DNA of 39,497 nt from Bacteroidales bacterium UBA1458 (GTDB taxonomy: Bacteria > Bacteroidota > Bacteroidia > Bacteroidales > VadinHA17), in the NCBI GenBank assembly GCA_002325785.1, contig DCSU01000174.1, positions 9,514-49,010 of the forward strand, in the 5' to 3' direction. This document shows, one piece after another, positions 8,540 to 17,174 of this stretch. The notes beneath the pieces were generated by a model that searched no databases, was not told where the DNA came from, and saw only the letters and a list, made by a program, of their open reading frames with translations. Position numbers and translations under genes: made by a program. Each line of letters starts with the position of its first letter. Position 1 is the stretch's first letter.

Positions 8540-11418
8540 AGCGAAGAACATTCATATCAGGAGGGGCTGTTGCCGCAGCCGGATGGATGGCAACGGGCCG
8601 GTTGCCGCTCTTTGCAAAAGCCGGACCTGGCGCTGGCATGGTCACAAGCGCAATCGGACTGTATGATTTATTCATTGACCCCGGGGCCTCTTACCGCCCC
8701 TTCGTCAGATGGTGGTGGAACGGCAACAAGGTGGAGGCTGCCGAGCTGGTGAGGGAACTACGTTTACTTAAGGAGGCTGGTATCGGAGGTGTGGAGATCA
8801 ACCCGGTTCAGTTCCCATCACGTTCCCCGGGTGATGATCTTGGGAAACCATCACTGCAGTGGCTCAGCAAGAAGTGGCTGGCAATGCTGAAGGTTGTGTT
8901 TGATGAGGCGAAGACCCTGGGGATGACCTGCGACCTGATTGTCGGTTCCGGATGGCCCTATGGGAGTGAGGACCTTGAAGAGGAGGAGCGGTCACGCATT
9001 GTGACCGTTGCTGCAAGAAAGGTCAGTGGCCCCATTGACATTTCATTCTCCAGGGATGAGCTTTTCACAGAGGCTGACCCGGCTGTCAGCTCGCCCTGGC
9101 ACGGGCGCAGGCATAAACTGCTCTCTCTGTCACTTGTGCCCGATCCGCTGTCATTACCTGAAGAGATTACCGATTTGTCGGACAGGATTGGCGAGGAGTA
9201 TTTTAACCTGTTTATTCCCGAGGGTGATCATGCCCTTTATGCCCTTGTAGAGACATCGGGGTTCATGGAGGTCATCAACGGTTCTCCCGGAGCCAGCGGA
9301 CCGGTACTTGATCATTACAGCGAGGCTGCAGTCAAGAGATACCTCAATCACATGTCTGACACTGTGGAAGGATTTACGGGACCTCTTTCAGAACACCTGC
9401 GGGCGCTGTTCACTGACAGCATGGAGCTGGAGGGCTCAAACTGGACCTCGGATATGCGGGATGAGTTTTTAAGAAGACGAGGATATGACATCTTTCCTAA
9501 CCTGCCTTTTATTCTCTTCAGGACCGGGGCCATGGGCAATGTCACTGATTTCGGGTATGGTGCTGTCAGGGAGCCGGGTTTTGAGGAGATGATCATGCGT
9601 ATGAGGTATGATTTTGAATTTACCAGGGCGGAAATGCTTGAAGAGAGGTTCCTGAAGACATTTTCATCCTGGTGCAGGGAGCTTGGGGTCAGGTCACGGA
9701 TGCAGGCCTACGGACGTGGTTTCTACCCGCTGGAGAGCAGCATGGCAGTTGACATCCCTGAGGGGGAGTCGTGGACCATGAACTGGCTGAAGCACCGTAT
9801 AGGGGAGGAGATGCCTGAGAGTGACTACAGGAGGGGCAGGGCCTATACGATGGTCAATAAGTACGTCTCATCGGCGGCACATCTGAGCGGGAAGAGACTG
9901 ATCAGCTGCGAGGAGATGACCGATACCTACACTGTCTTCAATACGTCACTCGAAAACCTGAAGATCGGCAGCGACCAGAGTATAATATCAGGGATAACCC
10001 ATTCCATTTTCCACGGATTCAATTATTCGCCACCGGAGGCGCCATGGCCCGGCTGGATAAGATACGGAGGCTACTTTAGTGAAGACAACAACTGGTGGCC
10101 CCATTTCCCTCTGCTGAATCTGTACAAAGGGCGACTCTCTGCCCTGCTGCAGAACTGTGACATGTATGCTGATATAGCTATCCTCCCGCCGACAGCGGAT
10201 ATGTGGAGCCGTATTGGAATGCAGAATGAACCTTTCCCCTCGGTTCTGCACGCTGAATACCTCTCACTTGTCTGGGAGGCCATTGTCAGGAACGGCAGCG
10301 GGTGCGACTATGTGTCCGAGAGGATACTCGTTGCCTCGGAGGTAGAAAAGGGGTTCATAACATACGGACCCCGGAAGTATCACACAATCTTCCTGGTTCA
10401 GGTTGAAAGCCTGGAACCTTCCACTGCAGATAAACTGCTTGAGTTCGTCCGTTCAGGAGGAAGGGTTTTCTGTATAGAAACCTCTCCTTCGAAATCCGTC
10501 GGTTGGCAAGACCACGATGAGAGAGACAACCATGTAAATTTAACTTTTGAAAAGCTGAGAGCATACCCGGAGCGGTTCATAATGCTTAAAAAGCCTGAAA
10601 ATGACTATATAAGTTGGTACAGAGATGTACAGAAGCAGTACCAAATATTGCCATATTTCAGAATTGATAATCCCGGTCCCTTCCTGATGCAGACGAGGTA
10701 CAGTGCGGATAACGGGTCTGAATATATTTTCATTATTCACTCGCATCTCCATGATTCACATCAGACTCGGATTGAGTTTTCAAAAGAAGTATCGCGCCGG
10801 AAACGCTGTTCGGTATGGGATCCTGAAACCGGTAAGCGCAGCAGGGTAAATCTGGACGGAAATAACGGCATTACTCTTGATCTTGGACCGGCAGAATCAT
10901 TACTTTTCGTATTTGACCGTGAAACTGTACCAGATGAATGGAGGCCTCTGCCAGCCGCCGGCGAGGAGATGCATGAGCTTGCAGGAGCCTGGCGGGCGGA
11001 ATTCAGGCACTGCCGCGACGGCTCTGTGAAAGAAGTTGAGATGGACAGGCTGACGGATCTGAAAGAGATGCCGGATTATGTCCACTTTTCGGGAACCATA
11101 GTCTATTCCAAAAGGTACAGGCTTGAAAAGTCCGTGAGCCTGGTACTCAATCTCGGCAAGGTATATGGCACCTCAGAGCTCATCATAAACGGAAACAGAT
11201 GCGGGGTAAAATGGTTTGGCCGCAGGATATTTGATATAGGGAAGTATATCATCGCGGGCGACAATCTGATTGAGGTTATTGTGACTACCTCCATGGGAAA
11301 CTACATGAAATCACTTACTGACAATCCGGTTGCACAGTATTGGACCAATGCAGGTACCAAGAACCAGCCGCTCCAGTCGATGGGTATGACCGGTCCGGTC
11401 ACTTATTATAACATATGA
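8536..11418 (+). CDS. Tat-signal glycoside hydrolase, GH106-like (alpha-L-rhamnosidase-type) with C-terminal galactose-binding-like domain
   Basis: Twin-arginine signal MKRRTFISGGAVAAAGW. N-terminal YRPFVRWWWNGNKV...LKEAGIGGVEINPV resembles the GH106 family. The C-terminal FSGTIVY...LNLGKVYGTSELIINGNRCG...GDNLIEVIV resembles a GH2-type sugar-binding jelly roll. The family assignment is from memory and needs an HMM check. Confidence 0.7.
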   Translation: MKRRTFISGGAVAAAGWMATGRLPLFAKAGPGAGMVTSAIGLYDLFIDPGASYRPFVRWWWNGNKVEAAELVRELRLLKEAGIGGVEINPVQFPSRSPGDDLGKPSLQWLSKKWLAMLKVVFDEAKTLGMTCDLIVGSGWPYGSEDLEEEERSRIVTVAARKVSGPIDISFSRDELFTEADPAVSSPWHGRRHKLLSLSLVPDPLSLPEEITDLSDRIGEEYFNLFIPEGDHALYALVETSGFMEVINGSPGASGPVLDHYSEAAVKRYLNHMSDTVEGFTGPLSEHLRALFTDSMELEGSNWTSDMRDEFLRRRGYDIFPNLPFILFRTGAMGNVTDFGYGAVREPGFEEMIMRMRYDFEFTRAEMLEERFLKTFSSWCRELGVRSRMQAYGRGFYPLESSMAVDIPEGESWTMNWLKHRIGEEMPESDYRRGRAYTMVNKYVSSAAHLSGKRLISCEEMTDTYTVFNTSLENLKIGSDQSIISGITHSIFHGFNYSPPEAPWPGWIRYGGYFSEDNNWWPHFPLLNLYKGRLSALLQNCDMYADIAILPPTADMWSRIGMQNEPFPSVLHAEYLSLVWEAIVRNGSGCDYVSERILVASEVEKGFITYGPRKYHTIFLVQVESLEPSTADKLLEFVRSGGRVFCIETSPSKSVGWQDHDERDNHVNLTFEKLRAYPERFIMLKKPENDYISWYRDVQKQYQILPYFRIDNPGPFLMQTRYSADNGSEYIFIIHSHLHDSHQTRIEFSKEVSRRKRCSVWDPETGKRSRVNLDGNNGITLDLGPAESLLFVFDRETVPDEWRPLPAAGEEMHELAGAWRAEFRHCRDGSVKEVEMDRLTDLKEMPDYVHFSGTIVYSKRYRLEKSVSLVLNLGKVYGTSELIINGNRCGVKWFGRRIFDIGKYIIAGDNLIEVIVTTSMGNYMKSLTDNPVAQYWTNAGTKNQPLQSMGMTGPVTYYNI

Positions 11419-11419
11419 T

Positions 11420-12886
11420 ATGAAAAACAGGAAACTCTTTTTGTCACTTATCCTTCTTGCATCCATGCTTCAGCTTGCGGCAAAGGATTACAATGCATCA
11501 ATGTTCGGAGTCAGATCGAACGGTACCACCCTCAATACAAATTCCATACAGAGGGGGATTGACTATATCAGTGAGAACGGTGGTGGGCGCCTGGTCTTTT
11601 ATGTAGGCAGGTACCTTACGGGAACCATCTACCTGAAATCGAATGTTACCATTCATCTTGAGGAGGGTGCGATACTCGTCGGTTCAACCACTCCGTTCGA
11701 TTATGAGAGGAATTATAACTGGACCGCGCTCATCTTTGCGCTTGACCAGAAAAATATCGGGATCACCGGCAAGGGTGTTATTGACGGTCAGGGGTTCCAG
11801 GTGGCATATAACCTTGTTGATTTGATTCACAAAGGGGTGGTTAAGGACCCCCTGAAGTATGACCGGCCCAGCGAGACAATCCGCCCCCAGAATATTTATT
11901 TCAGGGGCTGCAGTAACATAGTGATCAGTGGCATAATACTCAGGGATCCGGGTAGCTGGAACCAGCAGTATGATCAGTGCCGTAACCTTGTCATTGACAA
12001 CATCACGGTCGACAGTAAATCATACTGGAATAATGACGGAGTGGATATTGTTGATTGTGACAGCGTGGTTGTCTCGAATTCATACTTTGATGCAGCCGAT
12101 GACGGTATTTGCCTGAAGTCGCACAGTGCCGACTTCGTTTGCCAGAATGTCTGGATTCGCAACAACACCGTCAGAACAAGCGCCAACGGCATCAAGTTCG
12201 GCACGGTGGGGCACGGCGGTTTTCGTAACATAAGCATCATCAACAACCTGGTGTTTGACACATACAGATCGGCAATCACCTTTGCCGCCGTTGACGGGGG
12301 CTTTGTCGAGAATATAGTAGTCGACAGTCTCCGGTCACTCAACACCGGCAATGTTATCTTCCTGAGGATAGGAGAACGGCGGGCAGGAAAAAAAGGAAGG
12401 ATGAACGGCGTGACAATCTCAAATGTATACGCAGAAGTGCCGGCTACCAAACCTGATGCCGGATATAATTATGAGGGCCCCGTTGAGGACCTGCCACGCA
12501 ACATTTCACCTTCGTCAATAGTTGGAATGCCTGATGCCATGATCGAGAACATTACGTTGAAAAACATTGAGATACATTATCCCGGGGGAGGAAACCCGCA
12601 TTATGCAAAGGTCGGGCTTGACGAGCTTGACAAGTTGCCGGAGATGGGTGCAAGTTACCCTGAGTTCTCAATGTTCAGGGAATTGCCGGCATGGGGATTT
12701 TATATAAGGCATGCCAGGGGAATTACCTTCGAAAATGTCAGGCTGTTATGTGACAAAAAGGATTACAGGACTGCGGTGGTTCTTGACGACGCACACGGAG
12801 TCACCTTCAGGAATCTTAAGGTGACGGAACCGGGCGGCAGGAAGGAGCCTGTATTTCATTTCAGATCCACGGCTATTGACCTGTAG
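11420..12886 (+). CDS. glycoside hydrolase family 28 (polygalacturonase / rhamnogalacturonase-like, beta-helix)
   Basis: Signal peptide, then GH28 catalytic motifs NNDGVDI, AADDGICLKS, G-H-G-G and NGIKFGT. The repetitive beta-helix pattern is visible. Confidence 0.87.
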   Translation: MKNRKLFLSLILLASMLQLAAKDYNASMFGVRSNGTTLNTNSIQRGIDYISENGGGRLVFYVGRYLTGTIYLKSNVTIHLEEGAILVGSTTPFDYERNYNWTALIFALDQKNIGITGKGVIDGQGFQVAYNLVDLIHKGVVKDPLKYDRPSETIRPQNIYFRGCSNIVISGIILRDPGSWNQQYDQCRNLVIDNITVDSKSYWNNDGVDIVDCDSVVVSNSYFDAADDGICLKSHSADFVCQNVWIRNNTVRTSANGIKFGTVGHGGFRNISIINNLVFDTYRSAITFAAVDGGFVENIVVDSLRSLNTGNVIFLRIGERRAGKKGRMNGVTISNVYAEVPATKPDAGYNYEGPVEDLPRNISPSSIVGMPDAMIENITLKNIEIHYPGGGNPHYAKVGLDELDKLPEMGASYPEFSMFRELPAWGFYIRHARGITFENVRLLCDKKDYRTAVVLDDAHGVTFRNLKVTEPGGRKEPVFHFRSTAIDL

Positions 12887-12924
12887 AGGCAGGGTAAGGG
12901 CCTGCCTCCGGGGTGCCCCCGGGG
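12886..12924. terminator. two adjacent GC-rich hairpins between convergent genes (possible bidirectional terminator)
   Basis: GAGGCAGG(12886-12893)/CCTGCCTC(12901-12908) and CCGGGG(12908-12913)/CCCCGG(12917-12922). There is no clear U-tract. Confidence 0.35.
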
Positions 12925-12972
12925 AATGTTCGTCATCAATTTTCAATTCTTTAAAGGAGGTAACAGAAATCC

Positions 12973-13662
12973 TTATCCCAGATCGGATATCCGGCTAAGC
13001 AGGGCAGCGTCAATTATTGTTACATCACGTCCCTGAATTCTTATTATACCTTCATTTTTAAGTTCAGTCAGAAGCCTGACAGTGTTTTCCTCCGAGATGG
13101 CTGACATCTCTCCGAGCTCTTTCCTGGTCACGGGCAGGGTGAAGCTGTTATTGCCATAAAATGCAGCCAGTGATAAAAGGCTCTCCGCAATTCGCCCCCT
13201 GATGTTTTTTTGATTGAGGCATATGATCTTTTTCATTATCAGGGCTACAGATTTACCGAAGGCCTTGTTGAGCCTGAGGAGCACTTCATGGTTTTCGAGG
13301 TACAGCTCTTTCAGGGATTCGAGCTTAACCATACACACCTGTGAATCTTCAATGGCCGTCACAGAATAAGTATAATGGATGCTTTCAAAAAATGAAAGCA
13401 AGCCTATGTAGGCTGGTGGTCTCATAAGGTACAGGATGATGTTGTGACCATTAATCCCTTCAATGTATAGTTTTGCCGTTCCCGAAGTCAGGTAAATGGC
13501 ATGACTGACGTTGTCACCCTGTCGGCAAATCATCTCGTGCTTCCGAAACCTTGCCCGGATAATGTTTGATTCGGGGAAGACTCTGCCAGACTTCCTGAAG
13601 GCATCATAGAGATCACACTTGTTTCTGCAAGCCTCACAAGGCATTTTACCGGTAATTCTCAT
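12973..13662 (-). CDS. Crp/Fnr-family transcriptional regulator with FNR-like N-terminal Cys cluster
   Basis: cNMP-binding-type beta-roll (ICRQGD...YLTSGTAKLY) and a C-terminal HTH (TRKELGEMSAISEENTVRLLTELK). N-terminal C-x2-C-x3-C (PCEACRNKC) plus a later Cys (QVCMV). ATG at 13662 is preferred over the TTG at 13671. Confidence 0.85.
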   Translation of the reverse strand: MRITGKMPCEACRNKCDLYDAFRKSGRVFPESNIIRARFRKHEMICRQGDNVSHAIYLTSGTAKLYIEGINGHNIILYLMRPPAYIGLLSFFESIHYTYSVTAIEDSQVCMVKLESLKELYLENHEVLLRLNKAFGKSVALIMKKIICLNQKNIRGRIAESLLSLAAFYGNNSFTLPVTRKELGEMSAISEENTVRLLTELKNEGIIRIQGRDVTIIDAALLSRISDLG

Positions 13663-13765
13663 TTTCAGCAAGTTATATTGTAGAAATTTAGATTAATCCA
13701 TCTGAACGTCATTGATAATGCCGGCTTAAGGCCTATAAATAACCAGTTATCATTTTCAAATATAG

Positions 13766-13779
13766 TTGATTTAAAACAA
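13766..13779. promoter_or_regulatory. FNR/CRP-like half-palindrome TTGAT-TTAA-AACAA
   Basis: 9 of 10 half-site positions match the enterobacterial FNR box TTGAT-N4-ATCAA (I have not checked the box preference of Bacteroidota Crp/Fnr regulators). It lies in the divergent intergenic region, centred about 97 bp upstream of the 13870 ATG. Confidence 0.3.
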
Positions 13780-13869
13780 TGTTACATTGCAAGGTTATGC
13801 CAGGATGTACATCTTTCAAAATCTCTATTTTAGCTAATCTTAAACGGATTACCAAACACCCGAAAATCT

Positions 13870-14640
13870 ATGGAATCAAGCGACCAGTACAATTTCAGTA
13901 TTTTCACTCCCCGCAATTTGCACGGAAAGAAGAACAGGAATGTAATCTTTACCATGCTTGCCATCTGGGTGGTGGCAGTTTTCGGCTTCCAGTTCCTTCT
14001 GAGGGCTATTGAGAAGCCAACTCCCGAAAAGGCTCTGACGATATTTGAAACAGAGTGGTCCGGCATTGCCTCAGGGAATGAGGATGGGGCAGATTACCGG
14101 GCTCTTCTCAATTCACTTCTCATGGTTAAGGGGAAGCTCACCGTTGCTGCAAGTGACCGGGAACTCCTCTCTGAGGCAATAAGTACCGTCACATTCCGGA
14201 TGGTACCTGACTCCCTGAGACCTCTTGTAATGGAGAAGGTTGCGGAGCTTGAGATAATGCATGCAGATATTGCCGGCCTGAAGGGTCAGCTGTATATGGA
14301 CCTTAAATTCCGTATACAGGATGCCAGCAAAAACCTGATCACTATTCTTGAACCCCATACCGGATATGGAGCAACAAGCCTGGAGGCGTCACTACTTGCT
14401 GCCAGCCTGAAAAAGGACTACCCTGTTTCATTAATGGAACCATCCCTGGCCCGCCTGCCTGACCTGATGAAATTGTATCTCACGCATAACCAGTCGGTAC
14501 TTACTGATACAAAATTCCTCGGGTTTCCTTTTCACTATTTCTATACTGCCGTCTTTCTGCTGGTACTTTTCGTGGTGCTTTGCATAGCTTATAATATTCT
14601 GATAGAATGGCGCTTAAAAAATGAAGGCATTGTTGAATAA
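13870..14640 (+). CDS. putative solute:sodium symporter small subunit (DUF4212-like) carrying a ~165-aa insertion between its two TM helices
   Basis: N-terminal KNRNVIFTMLAIWVVAVFGFQFLL and C-terminal FLGFPFHYFYTAVFLLVLFVVLCIAYNILIEW resemble the two helices of the ~80-aa DUF4212/TIGR03647 family. The gene sits 6 nt upstream of the large subunit. Confidence 0.62.
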   Translation: MESSDQYNFSIFTPRNLHGKKNRNVIFTMLAIWVVAVFGFQFLLRAIEKPTPEKALTIFETEWSGIASGNEDGADYRALLNSLLMVKGKLTVAASDRELLSEAISTVTFRMVPDSLRPLVMEKVAELEIMHADIAGLKGQLYMDLKFRIQDASKNLITILEPHTGYGATSLEASLLAASLKKDYPVSLMEPSLARLPDLMKLYLTHNQSVLTDTKFLGFPFHYFYTAVFLLVLFVVLCIAYNILIEWRLKNEGIVE

Positions 14641-14646
14641 TTTAAT

Positions 14647-16338
14647 ATGCAGAGATACATGAAAAAGTTATACGTCACCTTTATTATGCTCCTGGCGGGA
14701 GCAATCTCATTAAATGCGCAGAATCTGACTCAGCTGGAAGGAAGTTTCAAGACCGGACCGGCGATAATACTGATCGCTACTCTGGTTACATTTGTATTGG
14801 TCGGGATATTTTTCCGCGCAAAGGATCCGGCTGACTATTATGCTGCCGGGAGGAGCATATCCAAGGTAGGATCGGGCATGGCCATCGCCTCCAACTGGAT
14901 GAGTGCAGCCTCGGTGCTGGGCATGGCAGGCATGATGTACGGGTTCGGTTATAACGGTCTGGCTTATGTTGTCGGCTGGACGGGAGGCTATGTTCTCCTT
15001 CTGATACTGATGGCTGCCCAGATCAGGAAATATGGCAAATACACGGCACCTGACTTCATAGGGGACCGTTTCTACTCACGCGATCTCAGGATTGTAAGTG
15101 CAGTTTTTACTATTCTGATATCGTTTGCCTATTGCGTTGGACAGTTTGGAGGCATAGGATTGATGTTCAAGTGGATACTAGGGCTTAACTATACGTGGGC
15201 GGTAATAATCGGTTCATCTGTGGTTTTGCTCTATACCCTGATTTCAGGCATGATCGGAGCGACAAAGAACATGCAGATCCAGTATGTTATAATTGTGGTA
15301 TCATTCCTTATACCGGTTTTTATAATGGCATATAAGTTTGATTATTTCTGGCTTCTTCCTCAGATTGGTTACGGTGCCGCTGTAACTGACATTGTGCAAG
15401 GAATTCCAGCACCAAATATTTCTGACGGTGCTGCCCTGCTCAATGCATACGGTCATGACCTTTCGATCGTGCCCAGTCCGGAATTTGCCATGCCATGGGA
15501 TCCCTCAACCGGTACAACCTTCTTCCAGTGGGTTGCTATTTGTTTTTCACTGATGGTTGGTACGGCAGGGCTGCCCCACGTGATCCAGCGCTTCTATGTT
15601 GTGCCGAAAGTAACAGATGCCAGATGGTCAGTTGTATGGGGTCTCTTCTTCATATGTCTCGTTTATTGGTCTGCTCCGGCATATGCAACTTTCGGGAAGC
15701 TGCTCTCCTCAAATCCTGAGGTGGGTGTACTTGCCAAGGATGCAATTGTAGTTTACACGGCTCAGTTGGGAGGGGTCAACTCACTTGTTGTAGGTCTGCT
15801 GGCAGCGGGTGCCATCTCTGCGGCTTTCTCTACGGTCGCGGGTTTGCTGGTCGCTGGAGCGTCAGCTTTCTCGCATGATCTCTATGTTAAGGTCATCAAT
15901 CCGGCCTCAACCCCGAAACAACAGTTGAGAATTGCCCGTTTAGGCACTGTTCTCATGGCAGTGCTGGTGACAATAGTGGCACTCATGAAGCTTGGACTGA
16001 TTGCACAGCTTGTCTCTGTCGCGTTTTCAATGGCAGCATGCACCATATTTCCGCTGTTCCTTCTTGGAATCTGGTGGAGTGGTTCTAACAGGGCCGGTGC
16101 AAAAGCAGGACTGTTCGCAGGAATCCTTGTTACTGTTATATCACTGACCTATTTCATCGTTAATCTTAGCGGAGGCGCTCTTCCGGGGCAGGCCTTTATT
16201 TCATACTGGCTTAATGTATGGTATTTCGCATGGTTTGGAGCTCCGCTGGCGATTGCGGTTAATATTGTTGTCTCTCTGCTTACAAAACCGACTCCTCTCG
16301 AGATTAAGAAATTTCTTGCGGAACAGGTTCATAACTGA
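14647..16338 (+). CDS. sodium:solute symporter family transporter, ActP / VC_2705-like large subunit
   Basis: SSS motifs (DYYAAGRSIS, AIASNWMSAASVLGMAG, GLPHVIQRFY). An ActP-like cleavable-looking N-terminal signal segment (LLAGAISLNAQ). 563 aa and polytopic. Confidence 0.9.
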   Translation: MQRYMKKLYVTFIMLLAGAISLNAQNLTQLEGSFKTGPAIILIATLVTFVLVGIFFRAKDPADYYAAGRSISKVGSGMAIASNWMSAASVLGMAGMMYGFGYNGLAYVVGWTGGYVLLLILMAAQIRKYGKYTAPDFIGDRFYSRDLRIVSAVFTILISFAYCVGQFGGIGLMFKWILGLNYTWAVIIGSSVVLLYTLISGMIGATKNMQIQYVIIVVSFLIPVFIMAYKFDYFWLLPQIGYGAAVTDIVQGIPAPNISDGAALLNAYGHDLSIVPSPEFAMPWDPSTGTTFFQWVAICFSLMVGTAGLPHVIQRFYVVPKVTDARWSVVWGLFFICLVYWSAPAYATFGKLLSSNPEVGVLAKDAIVVYTAQLGGVNSLVVGLLAAGAISAAFSTVAGLLVAGASAFSHDLYVKVINPASTPKQQLRIARLGTVLMAVLVTIVALMKLGLIAQLVSVAFSMAACTIFPLFLLGIWWSGSNRAGAKAGLFAGILVTVISLTYFIVNLSGGALPGQAFISYWLNVWYFAWFGAPLAIAVNIVVSLLTKPTPLEIKKFLAEQVHN

Positions 16339-17123
16339 TGAGTCTTAAAGACCTGATTGTTATATCACCCGGTACGAAGAAGTTACTGGCAATCACTCTT
16401 TCGGTAACATCGCTGGCAGTGACCTTTGCTTTTTTCTATTACAGAGGAGTCAACAGGTCGGAAGACCCGCGCGTAACTGAGGCCCGGGGGTTAATGGCTG
16501 AATATGACCGGGTGTCAGGTGGAAAGAACAGCTATGCCTCGTTTTATCTACTTGATTCTGCAGGCGGGATTTACATGAGGGTACCAGGTTACGAGTCTTC
16601 GTGGGAGAGAGGTGTCATCTATAACAACAAGTGCAGTGGCCTTCTACTGATGGCCTTGTATGACAGCACTGTAACCGCATCTGAGAAGAACACGCTTCTT
16701 GATCTCTCCATCAGCTACTGTGACAGTAGTATAACGGTATATACCGGTTGGCTTGATGAATGGGAAGATCTGTCTGAAGAGGTCGTATCACAGCGTCTGC
16801 TTCCATCAATGAATGTGAAGGATCCTGCATTTGCGGGGCTTAACTTTAACAGAATCTTCAGGAAAAGGGTCAGGGATGTCATGCTTGCCCGGATTGAAAC
16901 ACCCAGAAGGCTCTCTGTCAGCTATACCAATAAGGCCACTGCATACCGTCACCTGATGAGGCAGGATTCAGCGCTGGTTTATTATGAAAAGGCTCTCACA
17001 TTGTGGAAGGAAAACCGCACAGCAGAGAGCAACCTGAGTGTGCTTCTTGGAGGTGAGCCTCTGAAAACGGGAATCATTGAATCTTTGTTTCCCCCGGACA
17101 GGAAGAAGGCAAGTAAAAATTGA
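16338..17123 (+). CDS. hypothetical single-pass membrane protein with TPR-like C-terminal helices
   Basis: The ATG overlaps the symporter stop (TGATG, 1-nt overlap). One TM helix (LLAITLSVTSLAVTFAFFYY). C-terminal YTNKATAYRHLMRQDSALVYYEKALTLW looks TPR-like. No other family recognised. Confidence 0.6.
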   Translation: MSLKDLIVISPGTKKLLAITLSVTSLAVTFAFFYYRGVNRSEDPRVTEARGLMAEYDRVSGGKNSYASFYLLDSAGGIYMRVPGYESSWERGVIYNNKCSGLLLMALYDSTVTASEKNTLLDLSISYCDSSITVYTGWLDEWEDLSEEVVSQRLLPSMNVKDPAFAGLNFNRIFRKRVRDVMLARIETPRRLSVSYTNKATAYRHLMRQDSALVYYEKALTLWKENRTAESNLSVLLGGEPLKTGIIESLFPPDRKKASKN

Positions 17124-17174
17124 GTCTTGTTGTACCACCAATAAGGCAAAAAACAGATATTAAATAAAGTCAAT

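Noticed and set aside
8536-8600. Possibility that the Tat-like signal (KRRTFISGG) marks a cofactor-containing redox enzyme rather than a glycosidase.
   Set aside because: The rest of the protein shows glycosidase-like N-terminal (WWWNG ... GIGGVEINP) and C-terminal jelly-roll features. It has no Fe-S, molybdopterin or flavin motifs. Tat-exported glycoside hydrolases are common in Bacteroidota.
13779-14012. 77-aa ORF spanning the crp/fnr-symporter intergenic region and the start of the small-subunit gene.
   Set aside because: It overlaps the better-supported 13870 gene in another frame and has no motifs. Its start falls in the promoter region, so it is most likely spurious.
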